The notes: generated from the sequence alone by a model not told the origin. Shown: positions 9,267 through 18,803, counted from the whole stretch's first letter. The stretch is DNA of 63,593 bases, filler included, from Reclinomonas americana ATCC 50394 (GCA_048213135.1; 24 parts of 24 records of this genome joined end to end with filler, not necessarily neighbours in it), one strand, 5' to 3'. Made by a program: numbers and translations.

Positions 9267-10127
9267 TTATTCTTCATCGTCATCTTCTAAACTAAATAAT
9301 AATTGTTGAAGGACTTTTATAAGTTCTATATTATTTTTTCTCTTAACAGGTTTTGCTAGATTTAATTTCCTTTCTATATTATTTACTTTCTGAGGCGCTA
9401 TATTAAATTCATCTTCTATATTCTGTTGCAATCCCGAAGGTTTACTATATGTTCTTCCGTCAAAGGTTGGGTTTTGAACCTCATTTAAATATTCATTAAC
9501 AACTTTCGACGCTTCGGGATTATCTAATTTATCAACATTATATCCTATATCACTTGCTAATTTAGCTTTGAATGCCAAGATAGCTCCATTGGTTGCCAGT
9601 CTTTGTTTTGTATCAAGATCTTTACTACTTAATAATTTTTGTGCTTCTTCTATAAATTGTTTATCAGCATATCTCAATGCTTCTTTGCGTTCCTGTGGCG
9701 TATTTTTTGTTGATGCTCGTTGATATCTCAGATCATGTTTTAATGTTAGTGCATCTAAATCGTCAACAGGTGGCGCATTTGTTATATCTTTCTTTGTTAT
9801 TATTTCATCTTTGTCGAAATATCTACCAGCTGAATAATTTGGACCAGCCCAATTGCCATAGTATTTAAATCTACCTTTTGCTAAATTATCAAGACTATTT
9901 GCCACAGATGTAAACACTTTTCCTTTTGCTAAAGAACTTGGATCTAATAAATCGGGTAATGGAACCATAACATTACTTTTAAATAACTTATCTCTTAGCC
10001 CATTACTCCAACTACTAATATCATATTTCTTTTTATTTAATTCCTGTTTTTCATCATCTGTTAATGATTCGCCAAAGAATCTCTCTTTAATCTTTTTTCC
10101 GAGTCTTGAAAAGAAACCATCACTCAT
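9267..10127 (-). CDS. Parvovirus-VP1u-type phospholipase A2 domain protein
   Basis: Ca-loop-like YYGNWAGPNYSAG, PVDDLDALTLKHDLRY (HD dyad), downstream ADKQF; N-terminal amphipathic GFFSRLGKKIKERFFG. Confidence 0.85.
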   Translation of the reverse strand: MSDGFFSRLGKKIKERFFGESLTDDEKQELNKKKYDISSWSNGLRDKLFKSNVMVPLPDLLDPSSLAKGKVFTSVANSLDNLAKGRFKYYGNWAGPNYSAGRYFDKDEIITKKDITNAPPVDDLDALTLKHDLRYQRASTKNTPQERKEALRYADKQFIEEAQKLLSSKDLDTKQRLATNGAILAFKAKLASDIGYNVDKLDNPEASKVVNEYLNEVQNPTFDGRTYSKPSGLQQNIEDEFNIAPQKVNNIERKLNLAKPVKRKNNIELIKVLQQLLFSLEDDDEE

Positions 10128-10131
10128 TATA

Positions 10132-10335
10132 TTATTTACCTGAGAAATTAAGAATTAGTTCAGAAATTAGCTTTTCAATCTCTCTCTTGACCCCTCTAAT
10201 ATCTCTTAGATAGTCTTTATTATTTAACTTTTTATAAACAACATCTAATGCCTTTTTAGTTGGTCTGAATTTACGCTTTTTAAGTAGTTCTGTGATTAAT
10301 AATCTAATCATCTTTTCCTCTTTTGAATAAATCAT
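10132..10335 (-). CDS. Small basic hypothetical viral protein
   Basis: 67-aa ORF tightly packed between the ATPase and PLA2 genes. Confidence 0.6.
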   Translation of the reverse strand: MIYSKEEKMIRLLITELLKKRKFRPTKKALDVVYKKLNNKDYLRDIRGVKREIEKLISELILNFSGK

Positions 10336-10343
10336 GTATATAA

Positions 10344-11057
10344 CTATGGTGAGAATATAATTGGCTGTTCAAAATCAATCCAATATTTATTCTTTAACTT
10401 TTTGTTTATCCAAAGAAAATGTCTAACATTATCTGTGTCATCAATGACTTTATTTACTATTTTACAAGCCTCTTTGAATTTCTTAACGCCAATAGGCGCT
10501 GTCTCAGCAATTGTATCAAGATCTTCTTCATTTGATAATGCTGGAAAAACTAACAAACCTGAGAATTGAATACGTGATTTTTTAGATATAGCTTTAACAT
10601 ATTGAGCCACGCACCATATCGTTATATTCCAATGCCTACACTTGCATATGAAAGCCTCTAGAAATGAGTTTTTACTGAATTCCTCTTGCATATCATCAAA
10701 AACAATTAATGTGTATATAGGCTTTCCTTTCTTCTCTTTTAAAAGTTTTTGTTCTTCAACAATCTTTTTTAAATCCTCTGGGGAATAGGTTGTATGTATG
10801 TTTTCCTTGTCAATGAAGAATACTTCTTTGTAAATATCATCGTCCCATGTCTCGCTAAAGAATATAACACGATCCCATTTATATTCCAAATGATCTCTTA
10901 ATAATCTAGCAACTATTGTTGATTTACCTGATTCAGTAGGGGCACAAAATAATACATGTTGTTGTAGAACGGGTAAAGGTGTTTGAATTGTATCATTAAT
11001 CTTTTTCAATCTCTTATCATCTTTAAGGTCGAAAGGTGTAATTTTTATACCTGACAT
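10344..11057 (-). CDS. A32-like (FtsK-HerA) genome-packaging ATPase
   Basis: Walker A APTESGKST, Walker B LIVFDD, A32-type RHWNITIWCVAQY, then ISKKSRIQ. Confidence 0.92.
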   Translation of the reverse strand: MSGIKITPFDLKDDKRLKKINDTIQTPLPVLQQHVLFCAPTESGKSTIVARLLRDHLEYKWDRVIFFSETWDDDIYKEVFFIDKENIHTTYSPEDLKKIVEEQKLLKEKKGKPIYTLIVFDDMQEEFSKNSFLEAFICKCRHWNITIWCVAQYVKAISKKSRIQFSGLLVFPALSNEEDLDTIAETAPIGVKKFKEACKIVNKVIDDTDNVRHFLWINKKLKNKYWIDFEQPIIFSP

Positions 11058-11097
11058 ATATTACTACATGATATATTATCTTAACTAACATATATAA

Positions 11098-11829
11098 ATG
11101 GAAAATTTTAAATACGTGACAATTAATAGTTTTGATAGAACTAATGGTAGCGATACTAATTTCATTGTTACACTTAATGGCAAATTTAATGAAGAATTTA
11201 CCCAAATGGCATTAGTTGATTTCATCTGTACTAACACATTTTATAATGTGGACTCGTCAAATAATACTTTAGTTTTTCAAGAAAATGTTGGATCAGCTGT
11301 AACTGCATCATTAGCTGTAGGTAATTATTCATTATCTGATATGATTTCAGCATTACAAACATCAATGAATGCCGTATCTCCAAACACAAGAACTTATACA
11401 ATAACAGCATCATCATTAACTAATAAGTTAACATTTGCTGTCAGCACTGGTACATTTTCAATTAAATCAACTGGCACATTAAATCTCATGTTAGGATTTT
11501 CTAGAACAGTAAATACAAGTTTATCTTCATCAATAACAGCTCCTAGAATATATAACCTATCAAAATATTCATTCTTCCACTTATCATGTGGATTATCAAG
11601 AGCTGACACATTTAATACAGTAACAGGCAATCGTCAAAATATTATTGGATACATTCCCATTTGTGAGAGTAATAATGGTGATATTTACTCATTCAGACCA
11701 AATCCTTTCTGTTGGCGTGATGTTTCATCATCTGATTTCAGTCAAATTGAAGTCACGTTATCTGATGACCAAGGTAAATTAATTGAATTGAATGGTGGCT
11801 TTATGAGTATGTGTTTAGTGTTCAGATAA
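11098..11829 (+). CDS. Minor capsid (penton) protein
   Basis: YVTINSFDR..TNF.VTL, NTFYNV..NNTL.F, GNYS and C-terminal IEVTLSDDQGKLIELNG, typical of Polinton/PLV pentons. Confidence 0.85.
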   Translation: MENFKYVTINSFDRTNGSDTNFIVTLNGKFNEEFTQMALVDFICTNTFYNVDSSNNTLVFQENVGSAVTASLAVGNYSLSDMISALQTSMNAVSPNTRTYTITASSLTNKLTFAVSTGTFSIKSTGTLNLMLGFSRTVNTSLSSSITAPRIYNLSKYSFFHLSCGLSRADTFNTVTGNRQNIIGYIPICESNNGDIYSFRPNPFCWRDVSSSDFSQIEVTLSDDQGKLIELNGGFMSMCLVFR

Positions 11830-11855
11830 GAAATTAAAATGTTTCTATATTGTAT

Positions 11856-12284
11856 ATGGACGAAACATCAGAAACACAAAGTCAAGATAATAATATAGAA
11901 ATCCCTAAACAACCTGAACCTATTGAAAGGTCAAAACGTAAACCTATTCCAAAGGAAAAGAAGAGGGAATATGAAAAGCGATACAGAGATAAGAAGAAAG
12001 CTGAAATACAAGAAATTAAAAAGCAAGTTCAAGAGAAACAAATTGTTGAACCTGTTAAGATTGAACCTGTAAAAAGTGAACCTATTATTGTTGTTAATAC
12101 AGATGAAAAGCCTGTAAAACAAAAGGAAGTTAAAAAACAAAAAGATGAATATGTCTCACGTGAAAAGTATAAGAAATTAAAAAATATGTTGTACGATGTG
12201 GCTGAAGAGGTTGTTGATATGAAAAAATCAAAATCACAAGGATATAGACAGGATATTTATGATAGACTCTTTGGTAAGTTTTAA
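11856..12284 (+). CDS. Hypothetical charged viral protein
   Basis: K/E-rich ORF, ATG at 11856. Confidence 0.65.
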   Translation: MDETSETQSQDNNIEIPKQPEPIERSKRKPIPKEKKREYEKRYRDKKKAEIQEIKKQVQEKQIVEPVKIEPVKSEPIIVVNTDEKPVKQKEVKKQKDEYVSREKYKKLKNMLYDVAEEVVDMKKSKSQGYRQDIYDRLFGKF

Positions 12285-12305
12285 TTTCTATCATATTATT
12301 ATAAA

Positions 12306-13220
12306 ATGCAATATGATAGCTTAGGATTTAATTCAAGTCACTTTAAGAGTTTGATTCGCCAAACCCCCTATGAAAATAAAGGTAAAATATTTAGTGATTA
12401 TTCTCTACCAAGTGTTGATGATCAATTTGGTTCAACATATGGCGGTAAGAAAAAGAAATTAACTGATGCTGTAAAAGGTGGAGAGAAGGGCATTGAAGGT
12501 TGGATTAATAGAGTTGATAGAACCGAGTCACGAGAAAAAGCCTTGTCTGGTGATATTGAAAATTTGCAAAAGGTTGAGATGGATAAACTTGAGAAAGAAG
12601 ATAAATTTTCTTATCGAAATGCCAAGTATAATGCTATTCAACAAACAAATGATTTATTAAGAAAGTTAATTAATCCTGATTATGAAACTAATGAGGAAAG
12701 ACAAGCTAGAGATGAATTATACGCGAGAGAAATTGAAGATGAACCAGAAGAGGAATTCGAAGGGCGAGGAGAATTTGATCCGATTGTTGAAAGATTTACA
12801 GAAGATATGAGAGACATGTTATTTGGTAAACCAGTTGGTGTTCAATCATTTGAATCAGGAGATTTAACAGAACCAATTTATAGAGAGGAAGAAGAAAGGG
12901 GTTTAAGTCCACGTCCATTAAGTGGTCATAATGATGATGAATTAAAGAGTTACATAAAATCTTATAATAGTTTGCAAACGTTTAAAACTGATAAAATTTC
13001 TGATGTATCATCTAATATTAAATATCTCAAATACATAAGTGGAGGACAAGAATTAACAAGACAACAAGTTTATGAATTGATTAATCAGATAAAAACTGAA
13101 GGAGATTATCTAATCAGACTAACTGATATGAAGAATGTTAAAAACCAAAAGAAAGAATTAATAAAGAAATTAATAAATAGAACTGTTGGAATGTCATCTG
13201 CATCAGCATCTTTGCCTTGA
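12306..13220 (+). CDS. Hypothetical viral protein (304 aa)
   Basis: Long ORF in AT-rich DNA, TATAAAATG start, no recognised domain. Confidence 0.75.
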   Translation: MQYDSLGFNSSHFKSLIRQTPYENKGKIFSDYSLPSVDDQFGSTYGGKKKKLTDAVKGGEKGIEGWINRVDRTESREKALSGDIENLQKVEMDKLEKEDKFSYRNAKYNAIQQTNDLLRKLINPDYETNEERQARDELYAREIEDEPEEEFEGRGEFDPIVERFTEDMRDMLFGKPVGVQSFESGDLTEPIYREEEERGLSPRPLSGHNDDELKSYIKSYNSLQTFKTDKISDVSSNIKYLKYISGGQELTRQQVYELINQIKTEGDYLIRLTDMKNVKNQKKELIKKLINRTVGMSSASASLP

Positions 13221-13248
13221 AAAATTAAATATAATCATATATTATAAG

Positions 13249-13449
13249 ATGAATAAAGAACAAATAAAAGTCAAGTTATTTGATCTTGATAAAGCTATAA
13301 TGCAAATGAAGAAAAAAGATAAAGATGACAAAAAACATTCTAAACTACCAAGAATCTACAGTTTAAAACCTGATGCCATTGAGAAAGATTATATATCTAG
13401 TGAAGTTGTTAAGGGTAAGAAGTTAGATGTTAAGAAGTTGAAGTTATGA
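13249..13449 (+). CDS. Small Lys-rich hypothetical viral protein
   Basis: MNKEQIKVKLFDLDKAIMQMKKK..., 66 aa. Confidence 0.55.
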   Translation: MNKEQIKVKLFDLDKAIMQMKKKDKDDKKHSKLPRIYSLKPDAIEKDYISSEVVKGKKLDVKKLKL

Positions 13450-13479
13450 ATATCATTCTAAGTATCATGAAATGATATT
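13449..13479. terminator. Hairpin between convergent viral genes
   Basis: AATATCATT...AATGATATT 9-bp inverted repeat between the stops at 13449 (+) and 13498 (-). Confidence 0.45.
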
Positions 13480-13497
13480 TAAAATGTAAGTTTATAC

Positions 13498-13677
13498 TTA
13501 TATTTCATTATTTTCTAATCTTTTAAGATGATAAGATGTTTTACAATGTCTTACTCTTTTTGAATAGACACATGATTTATTACATGTTTCACAATGCCAA
13601 GGTTCACACATTTTTTTAAGTATCTTATCTTTATTCTTTTCATAATAATTTCTTCTATATTCTTTTGTATGAGTCAT
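13498..13677 (-). CDS. C2H2-type zinc-finger protein, 59 aa (below the ORF-track cutoff)
   Basis: Own translation MTHTKEYRRNYYEKNKDKILKKMCEPWHCETCNKSCVYSKRVRHCKTSYHLKRLENNEI. Confidence 0.75.
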   Translation of the reverse strand: MTHTKEYRRNYYEKNKDKILKKMCEPWHCETCNKSCVYSKRVRHCKTSYHLKRLENNEI

Positions 13678-13699
13678 ATTATTCTATATTCTTAATTCT

Positions 13700-13870
13700 T
13701 TAAGCCATTTTTTCCATATCCCTTATATTATTTATCAGGAACTTACCAGTTTTCTTTATATCAACTTTCCATTGACCTATCTTATCACCAATATCCAAGA
13801 CAGAATCTAAATTCTTATCAGAACAAATGCCATCAACCATAATACGTTTGATATTTGTACGATGATCATA
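13700..13870 (-). CDS. C-terminal fragment of a probable divergent protein-primed PolB
   Basis: YDHRTNIKRIMVDGICSDKNLDSVLDIGDKIGQWKVDIKKTGKFLINNIRDMEKMA*; RIMVDG resembles motif C, followed by a GxWK element. Confidence 0.5.
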   Translation of the reverse strand, partial: YDHRTNIKRIMVDGICSDKNLDSVLDIGDKIGQWKVDIKKTGKFLINNIRDMEKMA

Positions 13871-13970
13871 NNNNNNNNNNNNNNNNNNNNNNNNNNNNNN
13901 NNNNNNNNNNNNNNTTAATTAATTAANNNNNNNNNNNNNNNNNNNNNNNNNNNNNNNNNNNNNNNNNNNN

Positions 13971-14821
13971 CATCTGCTTCTTTGAAATAGTTATTACAGA
14001 ATTCTTTAAGATTAATTTCATTATCAGTAACTCTTATACACAACTTATTAGAATTTGTAACTTCTTCCATCTGGATTGTTGTAAAGCCTTCTTCTATATT
14101 ATAACATTCCACTTCTTCATTCTGACGATAAAAGAATATTTTCCTCTTAGGGAATTCATGGAATGTATGAATGTTTTTATTTCTACCTTCATTTGTAACA
14201 AGTTTATAATGTTCCTTTGATAAATCAATAGTGATATTATAATTAAACTTATCATTGTATTGTGAAATATAAGGTACATCTCCTACTAAATTAATAGAAC
14301 ACTTTTGTAAATTCTCTATCTTTGGAATATTTTCACAATCTACTTTGTCATTACGATTAATGTTCAAGAAAGATTTTAGTTTATCAGGTGTTCTAATATC
14401 TGGTGACAAATTCATCTTATCAAAATCCAAAAGCTTCAAATAAGGCATTATATAAACAATCATTTGTTAGAGATTCTCCTCCTGCTGTTTTTGGTAACAT
14501 AATAAAAAGTGTTAAATCTTTTATTTCATTAGACTTTGATATTTCTGAATATTCCTGATCAAAATTATAAATATCTGCATCACTGCCAATATCAAACTTT
14601 TTTGACGAAAAATACTTACCAACAGATGCAAATTTAGTTGATAAATATGCCTTTGCATTTTTCAAACCATCTTTATGTAATTGTTTTGTAAATGCTGTAA
14701 CTTCTTTTTGAATAGTTTCCGGTGTTTCTCCTTTATCATTATTAGTTCTTAATTTGACTTGCACAAGGCTATAATTTTTAGCTGTTAATTTTTTGACGAC
14801 GCCGACTTCATGGATCTTCAT
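13971..14821 (-). CDS. N-terminal part of a probable pPolB (putative terminal-protein region plus OTU-like protease), frameshift near 14422, 3' partial
   Basis: ORFs 14420-14821 and 13971-14463 join on removing one T (GGATTTTGAT); AGG-ESLTNDCLYNAL ... IDLSKEHY gives an OTU-like Cys/His pair. Confidence 0.6.
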
Positions 14822-14962
14822 TTTATATACTGTATACTATACTCATATGTTTAAGCCATTTTCTGTTTTTTCTTTAAGCCCAAACTTTTTATGTAAATTT
14901 CTTTAAGCCCCCAATTTTTCAAAAAATGGCTTAAACATAAGTTATTATTATACTGTATACTC
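14822..14962. promoter_or_regulatory. Divergent promoter region with four GGCTTAAA copies
   Basis: Minus-strand copies at 14850-57, 14873-80, 14902-09; plus-strand copy at 14928-35; TATACTGTATA next to both ATGs. Confidence 0.65.
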
Positions 14963-16632
14963 ATGTCAGAACAACAACAAGACATTTACGCTTATCTCGA
15001 ACAAGTTTTCAACAACAAGCAACCAAATTATAATAATATACCTAATCCAGTAGAGAATTTCGATGCTGAAAAATTACAACAATTATTAAATGACTGTAAA
15101 GATACAAAGTTTGAAGATGCAAAAAAGTATGTCAAACAATATCTTTATAAAACAACAGGTGGAGTATATATCTATTCTCCCGAGTCATTTGATAATAGAT
15201 ATGATTTAGTAAGTGATGAGATAATCAAAACAAGATATTTAGTTAGAGATTTAAAAGTAATATATATAGACTCTTGTACAAAGGCTACATTCAGCATGAA
15301 AGATTGGTTTTTTAACACGAATACTGAGGTGTATAAAGCTTCTGTTTTCCCTAATAAACCACGTATTTATAAAGAGTATGGACAATTATATTTGAATCTC
15401 TTTAATGGATACAAACAAAGATATGTTAGATATTCTACATTTTCAGATAAGATTAAAGAAAATGTCAATAAATTATTAAATCATATTAAAATAGTTTGGT
15501 GTGATAACAATGATGGTTCTTATAGTTATACTATTTCATGGATCTCTAATGGTGTTGTGGGTCGTCAGAAATTAGAAAGTATATTATATGGCAAATCTGG
15601 TCAAGGAACAGGAAAAAGTATTATTTTCGAGTATATCCAACGTATGATATTAGGAAATGCTGTTTTAATTACAAATAATAGCGATTTCATTACTGGAAAC
15701 TTTAATGCTCCATTTGCTGGAAAGACAATGATTGTATTTGAAGAGTTGCCCGTTATGAATGAGAAAGCATGGATGTTTGCGAGTGGTAAATTAAAAGGAT
15801 GGTCATCATCACAAACTATTACTATAAATCCAAAAGGAAAAGACCAACAAATTATTAATAATATGATTTCATGGGTTTTGTTTTCAAATGTGGATGCTGT
15901 AAAAGTGGAAGGCGATGATAGAAGATATCACATGTTAGATATTAATGAATCCAAAAAAGGCGATCATGAATATTTTGATGAATTAGCTATAATAATGAAT
16001 TGTGATGAAACAGCATCGGCGTTTTTTAGTTATCTTATTGAGCATGCATATATTCATGATCCCGATTTTAAAGCCAAAAAATACCTCATAGTAAGGCAAA
16101 AACAGAAAACAGGATGAAGAATTTACATTGTGTATTTAAGTTTATCAAAAAGGAATTCCTGAAAAATAATAATGGAATCAGAATGCAATTATCTTCCTTT
16201 ACAGATTTATTAAATGACCAAATGAAAAAGAACTTTTCTATATTTGATACAAAGAGAATATTTGATTCTCTAGATATTGAGATAAAACCAGTAAAAATAA
16301 ATAATAAAACATTTAAGAATTCTATTAACATAAAGTTTGATGATTTACTCAAAATATTTAAACAAAAGAATTTGATTCATGATCTCGATGATATTGATGA
16401 TGAGGTCGAAGATGAAATTAATAAGATTATTAAAGAAGAAAATAATGTTACTGTTGATATGTTTATTGATGAAGATTCTATTGATGAAAATCCACTTGAT
16501 CATAACATTGAAGTTAAACAAGAAAAGCCTAAGAAAGAAAAGAAAGAAAAGAAAGTTAAAAAACAACCAAAAGAAGAACAAAAATCATTAGAAGAAATGT
16601 CTAAAAATGTTTTATCAAAAATACTTGCCTAA
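14963..16632 (+). CDS. SF3 (D5/NrS-1-like) helicase, frameshift in an A6 run at 16076-16081
   Basis: LNLFNG, Walker A GQGTGKS, Walker B IVFEE, motif C FSN..DRRY; one extra A reads KKIPHSKAKTENRMKNLHCVFKFIK into ORF 16114-16632. Confidence 0.85.
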
Positions 16633-17621
16633 TTACCTTTATTTAATTTTTTATAATCCACTCTTTTTAATCCACGTTTATTAACAACCTCTTTTATAAT
16701 ATCAATTGCCTTTTTATTAGATATAACCTTTATTGGGGGTTGTATTTTATCCTTAATTGTTTCATTTTCTATCTCTGACTGTGGAATAACTTGTAATTGG
16801 TTTCTTGTAAAAACAACATCCTTATATCCTGATACTAGATATAAAACAGGTTGTTCTGGATTTAATACTCTCTCTTTAATTTCATGTTGTGTTTTTGTCC
16901 ATCTAATATCCCCTGCTCGAAATGTACCTATTAGTCTTTTACCTGTTGCGACATCTTCTGGTCGATCTAACTGAACTCTGACTTTTGTACCAATTTCTAA
17001 TATAGACTCTGTGGGTTTTATTTTAAGATTACCATATTTTCTATTTGGATTTGGTACAATTGTTAATTCTTTATTCATGTCTTGTAATAACTGTGGAAGA
17101 ATATCAATCCATTCTTTATTTGTCTTACCTGTTTCCAATTCTTTTGCCGACATTACCAAAAATAATGCTTTACCTATAGTTCTATTTTTTGCCTCAACAA
17201 TTCCCTGTTGACGATGTCTAGCAACCAATGCTGTTCTTACATGAATATTGTTATCTATTAAAAATTGATGAACATCACCCTTGAATTCTGACCCTGCGTC
17301 TACATCTAATATGTAAGGTTTCTTTAAGTATTTTCCTTTCCATATCTTTTTAAATGCCCTTATTATTTCATCTGGTTGTTTTGTTTTTAAAGGTATTGCA
17401 TCTGTTTTTCTTGTTGCAATATCCACATTAACTAACAAATATTTGTATCCTTGGTCCTCTGGAAGAAATAATAAATCAGCTTGATGTGTACTGTTTTGTA
17501 CATCAGTTAAAAACTTTGGCATTTCATCTTTTGAGTCTTTCTTTGGTATTTTATATAATGACTCTATCTTAGTTGTTTTCTGTGGGGCAACCTTGTTCAA
17601 GAAACGCTTCAGAAAGCTCAT
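16629..17621 (-). CDS. Retroviral-like (rve, DDE) integrase, Polinton/Mavirus type
   Basis: HQADLLFL, YKYLLVNVD, DVDAGSEF, QGIVEAKNRTI (D-D-E intact), WIDILP, IGTKVRV; no obvious chromodomain. Confidence 0.93.
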   Translation of the reverse strand: MSFLKRFLNKVAPQKTTKIESLYKIPKKDSKDEMPKFLTDVQNSTHQADLLFLPEDQGYKYLLVNVDIATRKTDAIPLKTKQPDEIIRAFKKIWKGKYLKKPYILDVDAGSEFKGDVHQFLIDNNIHVRTALVARHRQQGIVEAKNRTIGKALFLVMSAKELETGKTNKEWIDILPQLLQDMNKELTIVPNPNRKYGNLKIKPTESILEIGTKVRVQLDRPEDVATGKRLIGTFRAGDIRWTKTQHEIKERVLNPEQPVLYLVSGYKDVVFTRNQLQVIPQSEIENETIKDKIQPPIKVISNKKAIDIIKEVVNKRGLKRVDYKKLNKGN

Positions 17622-18803
17622 ATATACTAGTAATAGAGAAAAAACAATAGGGGAAGATAAGTTTTATTTGTTTATTTTATGGAGTACATAGAAAATGCAA
17701 ATAAACAGTAATCCTACTTTGATTTTACTTATAATATATGGAACATAAAAGTAAAAGGAAATCTNNNNNNNNNNNNNNNNNNNNNNNNNNNNNNNNNNNN
17801 NNNNNNNNTTAATTAATTAANNNNNNNNNNNNNNNNNNNNNNNNNNNNNNNNNNNNNNNNNNNNATAGGGGGGAAGAGGAGGGGTGGTGAGGGGGAGGGA
17901 AGAGGGAGGGGGAAGGGAGGGAGACAGGGACTCACCGACATAACCAGCACCGACGCAGACGACCTTCATGATGGATGGGTTGTGGTAAAAAGGGAAGAGA
18001 GTTGTTGTTGTTGTTGTTTGTTGGTTGAGTTGCTTTCGCTCTCTCGAAGACGTAAAGAGGCAGGTATGATATCACCGATCACTCGCAAACGCGGTTTTAT
18101 TGCGGAATAACCAATTTTCGAACGAATTCGAATTCGAACAAAATGCCAGTGGAAGTGAATCAGTACTTCCTCCCGACTGGACAACAGCACTGGAGTAGCA
18201 CACGCTTGGCCAGAGGGTTGAATGTGCTGCAACACGCTCAGCAGCACCGCCATTCTGTTGCATACGCGAATGCGCCGGAAAAACGGCAAAAACTGTCGAA
18301 ATTGACTGTAGACGCGTTTACACAGCAGCAGAAGGTGTGCCTGTACAAACAGTTGTGTGAAGTGATCCAACACTGTGTGTAGATGTTTGGCTGGCACCAG
18401 TACCCGATAGTAACTGGTCATTCACTTGTGGAAACCGCTGCGGTCGCGAATTCGAATTTCTTTTTGCATGCACGTGCCAGTGCAGCATCGCTCTGCCAAC
18501 GCACCACGACCAGCACTCGCCTTTAGTAGTTCTTTGCAAATCATGCACTGCATCTATATGTTCTTTTCAAGCATCTACAGTGTACGTCATGCATCCAATG
18601 GCAATGACAGACACGTTCGCTTCGGCACTGGCGAATTGAAGTTGGTATTGTTACTGCTGTTCTGCAGAGGAGAGCCATCACTCTGGCGAATATGGTATCG
18701 TCTGAAAACGTTCAAGTACGAGTGCGTTTTTACGCGCCAAAATTTGGAGACAAACGGCTAATTTTTTCATTTTCTCTCAACTAATTTGGAGAGGAGGCAC
18801 ACC

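Larger units (their letters stand above)
2797..17764. mobile_element. Polinton-like virus / integrating eukaryotic DNA virus in four contigs (2797-5144, 5245-6462, 6563-13870, 13971-17764)
   Basis: AT-rich, intron-less, densely packed ORFs: MCP, penton, A32 ATPase, rve integrase, SF3 helicase, PolB-like fragments, Tlr6F; a shared upstream motif and shared arm sequence link the contigs. Confidence 0.9.

Noticed and set aside
17622..17900. Virus-host integration junction or terminal inverted repeats
   Set aside because: Viral contigs end at linkers; I found no TIR pair or target-site duplication, so integration is not shown.
18115..18140. CGAATTCGAATTCGAA as a heat-shock element
   Set aside because: Spacing does not fit nGAAnnTTCn; no other support.
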